In this document: positions 49,477 through 60,500 of the stretch, piece after piece
Position numbering within the stretch: the first letter of the stretch is position 1
Layout of the letters: every line of letters begins with the position of its first letter
NCBI GenBank assembly: GCA_963717505.1
Contig: OY970342.1
Coordinates: 512,001 to 576,000, forward strand
DNA: 64,000 nucleotides
DNA from: Candidatus Eiseniibacteriota bacterium
Lineage (GTDB): Bacteria > Eisenbacteria > RBG-16-71-46
Reading direction: 5' to 3'
Program-made: the position numbers and the translations under genes
The notes under the pieces: generated by a model
Seen by the model: the letters and a program-made list of their open reading frames with translations, nothing else
Databases searched by the model: none
What the model was told of the DNA's origin: nothing

Positions 49477-52082
49477 CCGCCATGACCCACCTTCGACTCG
49501 ATACCCGACTTGGTTTCGCCCTGCGGGGAGCGTTGCTCCTCGCACTCGGAATCCTCGCGTTCGCGATTCCCGCGTCCGCTGCACCGCCCGCCGGCACCTC
49601 GATCGGCAACCAGGCGTCGGCCCAGTATCTCGACGCGACTTCGACGCTGCGCACCGCGACTTCGAACGTCGTCACCACCATCGTTCAGCAGGTCGCGAGC
49701 TTCACGTTGACCGCGAACGGCAGCGTCACGTCCTCGCCGGGCGGCCAGGTGATCTTCCCGCACACCCTGACCAACACCGGCAACGGCACCGACGACTTCC
49801 CGCTCACGCTGTCGAACGTGGTCGCGGATGACTTCGACCTGACCGGTCTCGCGATCTATCTGGACGCGAACGGCGACGGGGTGCCGGACAACTTCACCAA
49901 CCTGACGACCACGGGATCGGTCGCCGCCGGCGCCGCGTTCCGCTTCGTGGTGGTTGGAAGCGTGCCCGGAACCCAGGTCGGCGGGCAGATCGGCCGCATG
50001 CGGATCGATGCGTCCAGCACGTTCGACCCCGGCCAGGCCACGAACAATCTCGATCAGGTCACCGTCACCGGCAACGCAGTGGTCAGCGTGACCAAGGCGA
50101 TCAACCAGAACAACGGGGCTTCGCCGAGCGGTCCGCACACCTACACCCTGAGCTACAACAACTCGGGCAACAGCACCGCGACCGGCCTGCTGCTCACCGA
50201 CCTGGTTCCGGCTGGAATGACCTACGTGCCGGGCAGCGGTCGCTGGAGCGTCACCGGAGCCACGGTGCTGACCGACGGAAGCGCCGCCGACGCCCAGGGC
50301 GTCGTGCCGAACACCGTGATCTACGACTTCGGCGCGACCACCGGTGGCACGGTCACCGCCCGGATCGCGCAGGTGCCTCCGGGCGCCAGCGGGACCCTGA
50401 CGTTCGACGTCACCGTCAACGCGGGCCTCGGACCGCAGACCATCAGCAACAACGCGACCTACGCGTACAACGACGGTGCGGTCAACGTCGGTCCGTTCGC
50501 CACCAACTTCGCGCCGTTCACGGTCAACCAGGCGGTGTCGCTGACCTTCGCCGGTCAGACGATCCCGATCGCGGTCCAGGGCGCGACCATCTCGTACACC
50601 AACACGCTGACCAACACCGGCAACGGCACCGATCGCTTCGACATCGTGATCGGCGCTTCGACCTTCCCGGCCGGCACCAGCTACGCGCTATACCAGAGCG
50701 ACGGCGTGACGCCGCTGTCGGACACCAACGCCAACGGCACGCCGGACACCGGTCCGCTGGCCGCGGGCGCGGCCTACGATGTCGTTCTGCGACTGACGCT
50801 GCCGACGTCGGCTACCGGCGGTCCGTTCCAGGTCGACAAGACGGCGACCTCGATCTCGAACGTCGCGGTCAACGCCACGGCGACCGACGTCCTGACCACG
50901 ATCACGCCGAATGCCGTCGACCTGACCAACAACTCCCCCGGCGGCGCTGCGCCGGGCGCGGGCGCTGGTCCCGAACTTACGGCGGTGGTGACCAACGCCA
51001 CCAACCCGGCGACCACCACGCGCTTCACGCTGTACGTCAACAACTACAGCACGATCGCGGACAACTTCGATCTGGCGGCGAGCACGGACGGTTCGTTCGG
51101 CTCGATCACGCTGCCGGCGGGTTGGTCCGTGACCTTCTTCGACGCGTCGAACGCGATCATCACCAACACCGGCAGTATCGCCGGCAGCGGCAACGTGCTG
51201 GTCTACGCCGACGTCACGATTCCCGCGGGCTTTGCGGCGAGCACGAACAGCATCTACTTCCGCGCTCGCTCACCGGTTTCGCTGGCCGTCGATTACATCC
51301 ATGACGCGGTGACCGTCAACCCGGTTCGCACCCTGACGCTGGTGCCCAACAACTCCGGACAGCTGACGCCGGGCGGCGCGACCACCTACGCCCACATCCT
51401 GTCCAACACCGGCAACGTGCTGGAAGGTGACGGCGTGGCGAGCGTGGTTTCGCTGACCATGACCAACAACGCCGCCTCGTGGAGCTCGGCGCTGTACGTG
51501 GACAGCAACAACAACGGCTCGCTCGACGTCGGCGACGCCGCGATCGCCGATCTCGGCACCATCGGTGGGCTGGCCTCCGGCGCGAGCGTGCGTCTGTTCG
51601 TGCGTGTCTTCTCGCCGGCCGGTGCTCCACTCGGCGCCACCAACCTGACCACGCTGACCGCGACCACGACCAACGGCACCTACGTCTCGGCGCCGCCGGC
51701 GCTGGTGAACGCAACGGACCTGACCACGGTCCTCAACGGCCAGCTGCAGCTGGTCAAGCGACAGGCGCTCGATGCCGACTGTGACGGCCTTCCCGACGGA
51801 CCTTACTCGTTGGTGAACATCACGGCCGGTGCGATCCCTGACGCGTGCATCTGCTACGAGCTGGTGGTGACGAACGTCGGTACGGCGTCGGTGACCGCGG
51901 TGGTCGTCGACGACGCCACGCCCGCGAACACGACCTATTGGGATGCGGCGCCGGCGTCGAGCACCCAGGGCTTCGTCACCGCACCGCCGGGCAACACCGC
52001 CGGAACGATTTCCGCCGCGGTCGGCATCCTGGCGCCGGGTGCGTCGGCAACGATTCTGTTCGGAGTTCACATCGACCCCTAA
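49473..52082 (+). CDS. Exported DUF11/Ig-repeat protein (gene B)
   Basis: GTGA overlap with gene A; signal peptide; N-terminal 'AGTSIGNQASAQY...TSNVVTTIV'; 'TLTNTGNGTD.F' repeats; one complete internal DUF11 and one C-terminal partial DUF11. Confidence 0.85.
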   Translation: MTAMTHLRLDTRLGFALRGALLLALGILAFAIPASAAPPAGTSIGNQASAQYLDATSTLRTATSNVVTTIVQQVASFTLTANGSVTSSPGGQVIFPHTLTNTGNGTDDFPLTLSNVVADDFDLTGLAIYLDANGDGVPDNFTNLTTTGSVAAGAAFRFVVVGSVPGTQVGGQIGRMRIDASSTFDPGQATNNLDQVTVTGNAVVSVTKAINQNNGASPSGPHTYTLSYNNSGNSTATGLLLTDLVPAGMTYVPGSGRWSVTGATVLTDGSAADAQGVVPNTVIYDFGATTGGTVTARIAQVPPGASGTLTFDVTVNAGLGPQTISNNATYAYNDGAVNVGPFATNFAPFTVNQAVSLTFAGQTIPIAVQGATISYTNTLTNTGNGTDRFDIVIGASTFPAGTSYALYQSDGVTPLSDTNANGTPDTGPLAAGAAYDVVLRLTLPTSATGGPFQVDKTATSISNVAVNATATDVLTTITPNAVDLTNNSPGGAAPGAGAGPELTAVVTNATNPATTTRFTLYVNNYSTIADNFDLAASTDGSFGSITLPAGWSVTFFDASNAIITNTGSIAGSGNVLVYADVTIPAGFAASTNSIYFRARSPVSLAVDYIHDAVTVNPVRTLTLVPNNSGQLTPGGATTYAHILSNTGNVLEGDGVASVVSLTMTNNAASWSSALYVDSNNNGSLDVGDAAIADLGTIGGLASGASVRLFVRVFSPAGAPLGATNLTTLTATTTNGTYVSAPPALVNATDLTTVLNGQLQLVKRQALDADCDGLPDGPYSLVNITAGAIPDACICYELVVTNVGTASVTAVVVDDATPANTTYWDAAPASSTQGFVTAPPGNTAGTISAAVGILAPGASATILFGVHIDP

Positions 52083-52093
52083 CCCGGTATCCC

Positions 52094-55000
52094 ATGCAGA
52101 GTATCCGGGTTCATCCAGCACGACACGGGCGCCCCGCGGAGTTCCACTCCGCGACGGGCGCCGTCGTGCTGGTATGCGTATTGGCCGGCACTGCGTTTTT
52201 TTTCACGCGCGCGCACGCGATTCCATATACGCGCGGCACCGCATCCCCGCTGGCGACGGTTTCCGGGCCGCCGCCCGGCGCTCTCGTCGACAACACGGCG
52301 TTCGCGGCTGGACTCGACTCGGCAACCGCGACCCCGCTCAACGTCGCCTCGAACCCGGTGAGAACGATCGTCGGCACGTTCGAGCGGCTGGCATGGGACG
52401 GCCCGTTCGGAGCACAGGTTCCGCAGGGCACGAGAGCGACGTTTCGCCACCGACTGGCCAACACGGGCAACGTTTCCTCGGAAGTGCGCCTCGACGTCGC
52501 GAATTCGTTCGGCGACGGCTTCGATCTCGCGAACTTCTCGCTCGCCCGTGACGACGACGCCGACGGCGTCCCGAGCCCGGGCGACAGCTCGATCGCGCTC
52601 GGAGACGCGATTCTCGTGCCTGCCGACGCGGTCGTGGACCTGCTGGTCGGCTTCGACGTTCCGGCCGGCACTCCGGCGGCGGTCGCAGCCGAGTTCATGC
52701 TGTCGGCGACGACGCTCGACCAGGCGGTGGTCGCGGCCGTCGTCGACACCGTGCGCACTCCCGCCGGTCCGACGCTGGCGTTCTACCGCGACGGCACTTA
52801 TGCCGCAACCACGCAGATCGCCGCCGGCGGCGCGAACCTGTTCGTCGAGGCCGGCGCGGTCGGCTGCAACCTGCGGCCGTTTGCCGCCGATACGCTCGCG
52901 ATCACGCTCCGCTCGCTGCGCCTCGGCGACCTCGAGACGTTCACCGCCATCGAGACGGGACCGGCCACCGGGCGCTTCCGCATCGGCCCGTTCGTCGGCA
53001 CCGTGCTCACGCCGCCGGGCGTCACCCCCTACACCCTGGGTGTGCTCGAGACCGAAGCCAACGACGAGTTGGTCGCGAGCTTCGTCGGCTGTGGTGCGGT
53101 GCTCACCGAAGCGCGGCTGTGGATCGAGCCGGCCGGCGTCGCGTTCGATGCGCTCAGCAACTTCCCGGTGGCCGGCGTCCAGATCTCGCTGATCGACGTC
53201 ACCGGCCAGGGCAACGGCGGCTTCGCGGGCGGGCCGGCGCGCGTCTTCCAATCGGATGGCGTCACCCCGGCGCCCGACGCCGTCGTGACTGCATTCGATG
53301 GCCGCTATCTCTTCCCCTACGTGCTGGCCAGCACCTACCAGCTGAACGTGACGGCACCGGTCGACTACGCGTTTCCTTCGCAGGTCGCTCCCAGTGGGCT
53401 GCCCGTTGGCCACGTGATCGACGCTCAGGGCTCGTATGGCGCGCCGTTCGTGATCGCGACCGATGGCCCGCCGATCCGGCACGACGTTCCCCTCGATCCT
53501 CTCGGTGCGGCGGGTCTGCGCGTCGAGCTGACGGCGGCTCGGAACACGGCTGAGATCGGCGACGCCATCGATTTCACCGCGCGCGTGAGCAACGCTTCGG
53601 GCCGTCCGGTCGGGATGACTCAGCTGGCGATCGCATTGCCGCCGGGCTTTGCCTATCTGCCCGGCACGACCCGCCGCGACACGCTCTCTGCGCCCGATCC
53701 GGCCGGTGGGGCCGGCCCTTCGCTCGCGTTCGACGCCGGGGCCCTCGGCATCGGCGGTACCGCGACCGTTCGCTACCGGGTGCGCATCGGCGCCGGCGCC
53801 GAGCCCGGCGAGGCGCTGAGTCGCGCGAGTGCCACCGCGATCAACGCGACCTCGAACGTGGCCACGGCATCGGTGCTGATCGTGGACGGAGTGTTCGCCG
53901 ATGAAGCCGGCGTGCTCGGCACGGTGTTCGTGGACCTGAACGGCGATGGCCGCCGCAGTGCCGGCGACCCCGGACTTCCCGGCGTGCGCCTGGTGCTCGA
54001 CGACGGGACGTTTGCGGTCACCGACGGCGCCGGGCAGTACAGCCTCTACGGCCTGACGCCGCGCACGCACGGCCTGCGCGTCGATCCGTCGTCGCTCCCG
54101 GATGGCGCGGAAATGCTGGCCCTCGACCACCGCGATGCCGGAACGCCGGGGCTGCGCTTCGTCGATCTGCAGCGCGGCGACTTCCAGCGCGCGGACTTCG
54201 GCGTCGCGCCCGATTCGGCGACGCGCGTGGCGCCCGAGGAACGGCGCAAGGTGATCGCGTATTCCGGCGGCGAACTGGCCCCGACCGTTCGCCGTCCCCT
54301 GCCGGTCCAGGAGTTCGAGACCACGCCCGGCGATCCCCGGGCGCGGCCGACCTCAGGGGTCCTGGGCGAGTCGGGCCCGGCCCCGCTCGAACCACCGAAA
54401 CGCGGGGAATCCGCCGATCCGGCGACACCGACGATCTCGGCGCACGAAGGCGGAACGCGCGGGCGGCTTCCTCAGCCCGAGATGCCGGCTTTGCTGGCGT
54501 CGAACACCAGCGACCTCATCGATCCGGCGGACGGACTGTCCGGCACTCAGCCTTTCGGCTTCGTGGGCCGGCGGAACGGCGACACACTGAGCACCGACCA
54601 AATCACCGTGCGGGTTGCCGGACGCGCCGCCTTCGCGCTCGAGCTGCGCGTGAACGGCGACCTGGTGCCGCTGACCCGCGTCGGCACGCGACGCATCGAC
54701 GCCGACGCCGGGCTCCAGACCTGGGACTACATCGGCGTCCGCCTGCACCCGGGGCTCAACCAGCTCGAGCTGACCGAGCGCGCGACTGACGGCACCGCCG
54801 GCGCGCACGCCACGCTCGCGCTGGTGGCTCCGGACCGCCTGGGAACGCTCGAAATCACAGCACCCGAACGGGCCCCCGCCGACGGTCGCCGGCTCGCGTT
54901 CGTGCAAGTGCGAGCCGTCGATGAGCGCGGGGTGCCGATTGCCGGCCGCCTGGCGGTGACGCTGGTCGCCACGTTCGGCGAGTGGCAGATCGACGACGCT

Positions 55001-57586
55001 GATGGCTTCGCGCCGGGGGTTCAGACGGTGATCGAAGGCGGGGTCGCGGAGTTCGGACTCAGGACCCCGCGCGATCCGTGCCTGGCGACGATCACAGTCG
55101 CCGCCAGCGACCGACGCGCCGAGACTCAGATCGAATTCGTGCCCGACTTGCGGCCGCTGGTCGCGGTCGGCACCGCGGAATGGCAGGTGGGCTGGAACCA
55201 TCGCCTGAGCGGCTTCGCGACCTCGTATCGCGCGCGCACCGGATTCGAGCAGGCGTACTCGAGCATGGTCACCGAAGGCGTCGACGGCCGGCTGAGCGGC
55301 GGGGCGCGCGCGTCGCTGTTCGCCAAGGGTCGCGTCGGTCGCGATCTGCTGTTGACGCTGGGCTACGATTCCGATCGGCCGTCCGACCTCCGCCGCTTCC
55401 GCGACATCCAGCCCGACGCGTTCTACCCGCTCTATGGCGACGGTTCGGTGCGCGGCTACGACGCGCAGTCGTCGGGCAGCCTGTTCGCACGGCTCGACCG
55501 TCGCGGCGCGTCCCTGCTCTACGGCGACTTCATCACCGCCTCGTCGGGCAGTGCGCGCAGCCTGTCGACCTACAGCCGCAGCCTGACCGGAGTGCAGCAG
55601 CACTTCGAGAACCGGCGGACACGGGTGGACGCGTTCGCCAGCCGCGGCCGAGCGCGGCAGACGGTCGACGAGCTGCGCGGTCTCGGCGTCTCCGGCCCCT
55701 ACACTCTGTCGCGCACGCCGATCGTCGAGAACAGCGAACAGGTCGAGATCCTGGTGCGCGATCGCAACCAGCCGGGCGTCGTGCTGTCGGCGTCGGCGCG
55801 AACGCGATTCACCGACTACGAGGTCGACCCGTACACCGGCCGCCTGCTGTTCAAGCAACCGATTCCCAGCCACGACGGCGACCTGAATCCGGTGTCGATC
55901 CGCGTGGCCTACGAGACCCGTGACGGCGGCAATCCCTACTGGGTGGGCGGCGTCGAGACCCGCTTCAAGATCGATCCGCGGCTCGAAGTCGGCGGCAGCG
56001 TGGTCGCCGACGACGACGTCACGAACCCCTATCGACTCGGCAGCCTCTATGCCGGCGCGCGCATCGACGACGCGACCGAAGTCGAGGGCGAGTTCGCGCG
56101 CACCACCGCCGGCGGCAGTCCGGCGCTCGGCTGGCGGATGGAGGCGCGTCACGATCGCGTCGGGACCCAGGGCCGCTTCTGGGCGGCGAGCACTGACACC
56201 GGTTTCGCGAACCCGCACGCCGGCTACGCGCCCGGGCGCACGGAGCTGGGACTGCGCTGGTCGCATCGCCTCGACGAGCGCGCTCGTTTCCTGTCGGAGG
56301 GCATGTACACGGCCGAACCGGGGGGCGATCGCCGCGGCGGATTCCTGGTCGGCGTCGATCGCGGGCTCAGCTCGACGACGCGCGGCGAGTTCGGCATGCG
56401 TATCGCCGCCGAGCAGCGGGCGGTGGGCGAATCCGATCCGGCCAGCGTGGCACTGCGCGCGAAGCTCACGGCACAGGCCCCGGGCCACCCCGAACTCAGC
56501 GGCTTCGCCGAGCTCGAGCAGGACATGATCGAGTTCGACCGCCGACTGGCGGCGGTCGGCGGTGAATACCGCTTCAGCGCACGCGGCCGCCTGTACGCGC
56601 GCCACGAGCTGGCCTCGACCCTCACCGGCCCGTTCGCGCTGACTGCCGGGCAGCGCCGCCTGGCCACGGTGGTCGGAGTCGACGCCGACGTGACGCGCGG
56701 CGCCCATCTGTTCAGCGAATACCGCCTGGCCGACGCGTTCGCTGCCCGCGAGGCCGAGGCGGTGCTCGGCCTGCGGAATGCCTGGCAGGTCGGCGACTAC
56801 CGGATCAACACGTCGTTCGAGCGCGTGAGCCCGCTCGATGCGACCTCGACCGGGCCGACCACCGCGCTCGCCGGTGGCCTCGAAGCCATGGCCGACCCCG
56901 CGATCAAGATGGCTCTGCGCATGGAAGGTCGGACATCGCGGGCGAACGACGGCTACCTGACGACGATGGCCGCGGCGTTCCGGGTCGATCGCGCGTGGAG
57001 CGTGGTCGCGCGCACGCTCGCCGACCTCAACACCGGCCGTGACCGCGGCAACACGTTGCGGCTGCGGAACCAGATCGGCTTCTCGTTCCGTCATCCGGAC
57101 CTCGAGGTGCTCGATGCGCTCGGGCGCTACGAAATGCGCCTCGACCGCGAGCCGACCGACGCCACGCGCCGCACGCGCCACCTGGCGCACGTCCTTTCGT
57201 TCCACACCACCGGTCGCCTGTACGAGTCGTTCGAGACGTCGTTCGCCTGGGCGGCAAAGCTGGCCGACGAGAGCGCGGACGGCCTGGTCACGCACTCGAC
57301 CGCACAGTGGCTACACGGCCGCGTCGCGCGCGGATTCGCCAAGCACTGGGACGCGGGAGTTCACGGGAGCACGCTGATGGGCTCGGGATCGGAGCGCACC
57401 GGGCTCGGCGCCGAGATCGGCCGGCAGATGCAGCCGGGCGTCTGGATGTCGGCCGGCTGGAATCGCTTCGGCTACTTCGATCCCGATCTGCCCGACGAGG
57501 CCTACACGCGCGCCGGCTTCTACCTGCGGGTGCGCGCCCGCTTCGACGAATCGATCGTCGGCCGCATCGCCGGAGGTGGCCGATGA
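52094..57586 (+). CDS. Large outer-membrane protein: N-terminal Ig/DUF11/SdrD-B domains + C-terminal beta-barrel (gene C)
   Basis: Signal peptide; 'GTVFVDLNGDG...PGLPGVRL.L.DG....TD..GQYS'; 'FYPLYGDGS....DAQS...LFARL'; many amphipathic strands from about 55140; ends 'GFYLRVRARFDE'. Confidence 0.8.
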   Translation: MQSIRVHPARHGRPAEFHSATGAVVLVCVLAGTAFFFTRAHAIPYTRGTASPLATVSGPPPGALVDNTAFAAGLDSATATPLNVASNPVRTIVGTFERLAWDGPFGAQVPQGTRATFRHRLANTGNVSSEVRLDVANSFGDGFDLANFSLARDDDADGVPSPGDSSIALGDAILVPADAVVDLLVGFDVPAGTPAAVAAEFMLSATTLDQAVVAAVVDTVRTPAGPTLAFYRDGTYAATTQIAAGGANLFVEAGAVGCNLRPFAADTLAITLRSLRLGDLETFTAIETGPATGRFRIGPFVGTVLTPPGVTPYTLGVLETEANDELVASFVGCGAVLTEARLWIEPAGVAFDALSNFPVAGVQISLIDVTGQGNGGFAGGPARVFQSDGVTPAPDAVVTAFDGRYLFPYVLASTYQLNVTAPVDYAFPSQVAPSGLPVGHVIDAQGSYGAPFVIATDGPPIRHDVPLDPLGAAGLRVELTAARNTAEIGDAIDFTARVSNASGRPVGMTQLAIALPPGFAYLPGTTRRDTLSAPDPAGGAGPSLAFDAGALGIGGTATVRYRVRIGAGAEPGEALSRASATAINATSNVATASVLIVDGVFADEAGVLGTVFVDLNGDGRRSAGDPGLPGVRLVLDDGTFAVTDGAGQYSLYGLTPRTHGLRVDPSSLPDGAEMLALDHRDAGTPGLRFVDLQRGDFQRADFGVAPDSATRVAPEERRKVIAYSGGELAPTVRRPLPVQEFETTPGDPRARPTSGVLGESGPAPLEPPKRGESADPATPTISAHEGGTRGRLPQPEMPALLASNTSDLIDPADGLSGTQPFGFVGRRNGDTLSTDQITVRVAGRAAFALELRVNGDLVPLTRVGTRRIDADAGLQTWDYIGVRLHPGLNQLELTERATDGTAGAHATLALVAPDRLGTLEITAPERAPADGRRLAFVQVRAVDERGVPIAGRLAVTLVATFGEWQIDDADGFAPGVQTVIEGGVAEFGLRTPRDPCLATITVAASDRRAETQIEFVPDLRPLVAVGTAEWQVGWNHRLSGFATSYRARTGFEQAYSSMVTEGVDGRLSGGARASLFAKGRVGRDLLLTLGYDSDRPSDLRRFRDIQPDAFYPLYGDGSVRGYDAQSSGSLFARLDRRGASLLYGDFITASSGSARSLSTYSRSLTGVQQHFENRRTRVDAFASRGRARQTVDELRGLGVSGPYTLSRTPIVENSEQVEILVRDRNQPGVVLSASARTRFTDYEVDPYTGRLLFKQPIPSHDGDLNPVSIRVAYETRDGGNPYWVGGVETRFKIDPRLEVGGSVVADDDVTNPYRLGSLYAGARIDDATEVEGEFARTTAGGSPALGWRMEARHDRVGTQGRFWAASTDTGFANPHAGYAPGRTELGLRWSHRLDERARFLSEGMYTAEPGGDRRGGFLVGVDRGLSSTTRGEFGMRIAAEQRAVGESDPASVALRAKLTAQAPGHPELSGFAELEQDMIEFDRRLAAVGGEYRFSARGRLYARHELASTLTGPFALTAGQRRLATVVGVDADVTRGAHLFSEYRLADAFAAREAEAVLGLRNAWQVGDYRINTSFERVSPLDATSTGPTTALAGGLEAMADPAIKMALRMEGRTSRANDGYLTTMAAAFRVDRAWSVVARTLADLNTGRDRGNTLRLRNQIGFSFRHPDLEVLDALGRYEMRLDREPTDATRRTRHLAHVLSFHTTGRLYESFETSFAWAAKLADESADGLVTHSTAQWLHGRVARGFAKHWDAGVHGSTLMGSGSERTGLGAEIGRQMQPGVWMSAGWNRFGYFDPDLPDEAYTRAGFYLRVRARFDESIVGRIAGGGR

Positions 57587-60500
57587 GCCGCGACCTCCTC
57601 CGCCGCATGGCGAGCGCGTGGGTCCGGATTCTCGGCGGGCTCGCGGTGGCCGGTTGCCTGTCGGCATCGCCCGCAGCGGCCCAGGTGTTCCGCAACTTCA
57701 CGCCGCGATTCACCACCAACACCACCGGCGACATCACCCTGGTCGGCAACACGATCATGAGCTGCAGCGCCGGCGGCGGCTGCACCACCGCACGCAACGG
57801 CGGCGGCGGCAACCAGAACAACAACGATTGGAACATGCAGTACGTGGACGTCGACGGCGACGGCACCACGTTCAGCTCGAGCCGCGCCACGCTCACGCTC
57901 CCGGTCGGCGCCACGGTGGTGTGGGCCGGACTCTACTGGGGCGGCAACTCCAACAACGCCAACCGCAACACGTGTCGGTTCGCGTCCCCGGCTGCGGCCT
58001 ACGCGACGCTGACCGCCGATCAGCTCGACAACACCGGGTCGGCATACTCGGCGTTCGAGGACGTCACGGCGCGCGTCCAGACCGGCGGCAGCGGCCAGTA
58101 CACAGTGGGCAACGTCTACTCGACCACTGGCACCAACAACTACGGCGGCTGGTCGCTGGTGGTCGTTTATCAGCTCGCGAGCGCGCCGGCTCGCAACCTG
58201 GTGGTGTTCGACGGCTACGCCGAAGTCGCCCCCGGAGCCTCGGTCAACATCGCGGTCAGCGGCTTCCTGACCCCGCCGGCCGGCGCGGTGAACACCACGC
58301 TGGGTGCGGTGACCTACGAAGGCGACCGCGGCTTCACCGGCGATGACTTCGACCTGAACGGCATCGTGCTCTCCGACGGCGACAATCCGGCCAACAACTT
58401 CTTCAACAGCTCGATCGCCCTCCTCGACGTCCAGTTCACCAACAAGAACCCGAACTACGTGAACCAGCTCGGCTTCGACGCCGACCTGGTGAACGCGAGC
58501 GGCATCCTGGCCAACGGCGCGACCAGCGCCACGATCCAGCTCAGCTCGACCGACGATCGCTTCTACCCGGCCGCGGTCACGTTCGCCACCGACCTCTACG
58601 TGCCGGTGTTGAGCGGCAACGGCTTCACCAAGCTGGTCGCCGATTTGAACGGGGCGCCGGCCCGTCCGGGCGACGTCCTCGAGTACACAGTGTTCCTGCG
58701 CAACACCGGCAACGACGCGTCGCTCAACACCGTCGCGCGCGACACGATCCCGGCGAACACCGCCTACGTGGCCGGTTCGATGACCGTGCTCAACGGTCCC
58801 AACGCCGGCGCCAAGAGCGACGGCGCTGGCGACGACCAGGCCGAGTTCGACGTCGCCGGCAACCGCGTGGTGTTCCGCCTCGGGACCGGAGCCAATGCGG
58901 CGAATGGCGGCCAGCTGAGCCCGGGGGTTCAGACCTCGTTCCGGTTCCGCGCGGTCGTCACCTCGCCGTCGCCGACCGGCACCGTGGTCTCGAATCAGGC
59001 GGTCGCCAACTTCAACGCCGCCCAGCTCGGCACGGCACTCGTTTCGATCAGCGATGCCGACACGATCACCGCCGGCACGCAACGCACCAACGTCACGGTG
59101 ACCGCGCCGACCCTGTCGGGCGTGGTCTTCGAAGATCCGAACTACGGCGGTGGGGCCGGCCGGAATCGCGTGACATCGTCGGGAGTCGTGCGGCCGGGCG
59201 CGCGCGTCGAGCTGTACAACGCGGCCGGCGCGTTCCAGTCGTTCAGCACCACCAATGCCTCGGGGGTCTACAGCTTCAACGGCTGGGGCCCGGGCGGCTA
59301 CACGGTACGCGTGGTCAACAGCACGGTGAGCTCGTCGCGCGCCGGCGCGGTGGCCGGGCTGCTCCCGGTGCAGACCTTCCGCACCAACGCCGCGACCGGG
59401 GTTGCGGTGGACGACGCGCAGCGCGTCGGCGGCGAGAGCCCCGGACTGCAGGACGCCGGATCCAACCTGACCAACGCGACTTTGGCGTCGCTGACCACCG
59501 CGTCCGCAACCCCGCAATCGATCGCACCGGTGACTCTGGGCACCGCCGATCTGTCGGGGGTCGAGTTCGGTTTCAACTTCAGCACCATCGTCAACGCCAA
59601 CGACAGCGGTTTCGGGAGCCTGCGCCAGTTCCTGATCAACGCCAACGCACTGGCGAACACCGGCCTGGCCCAGGCCGGACTTCCGGCCGGGATCGAGCAC
59701 GCGATCTTCATGGTCACCGACGGTGCGGCGCACCCGGGCCTGCGCGCCGGCCTGCCGAACCTGCTGACCGGCGGCGTGGTCGCGATCAACGTGCTCAGCA
59801 CGCTGCCGTCGATCACCGGTGCATCGACCACCATCGACGGCGGGCTCCAGACCGCGAACGTCGGCGACACCAACCCCGGCACGCTCGGGACCGGGGGCTC
59901 GGCCGGCGTCGACCTGCTGTCGCTGCCGGCGGTCGCCCGGCCCGAGGTCGAGATTCGCGACGGCGCCGCCCTGGCGCTCGGGCTCGACCTCATGGCGAGC
60001 GACATCACGCTCGCCCGTCTCGCGGCCTACGGCTTCGGCAACGCCCCGGGAAACAACAACAGCGCCGTGGTACGCGTCTGGACCAATGGCCTGCGCGCGA
60101 TCCTCGACGGCTGCGTCCTGGGCACCAGCGCCTCGAGCTTCACCGATCCCGGCGCCGGCGTGCGTTCGGGCGGCGACGTCGTGCGCTCGGCGGGGGGCGA
60201 CGACGGCATTGTGCGCAACAGCCTGATCGGATTCGGCGCCGGGTCGGGCATCGCACTCGCCGGCACCTCCAATGGCTGGCAGATCCTGACGAACGAGATT
60301 CGTGGCAACGCGATCGGCAACTCGACGCGCGACGGCATCAGCATCGAAGCCGGCGCCACCGAGTTGGTTCGCGGCAACCTGATCGCGAGCCACGAGGGCT
60401 GCGGCATCGACGCCGGAGCCAGTACCGGCGGCAACACCTTCGTGAACAACACGGTGACGCGCAGCGGCCTCGGTGCGGGTGCCGCCGAGACTCCCGGCGT

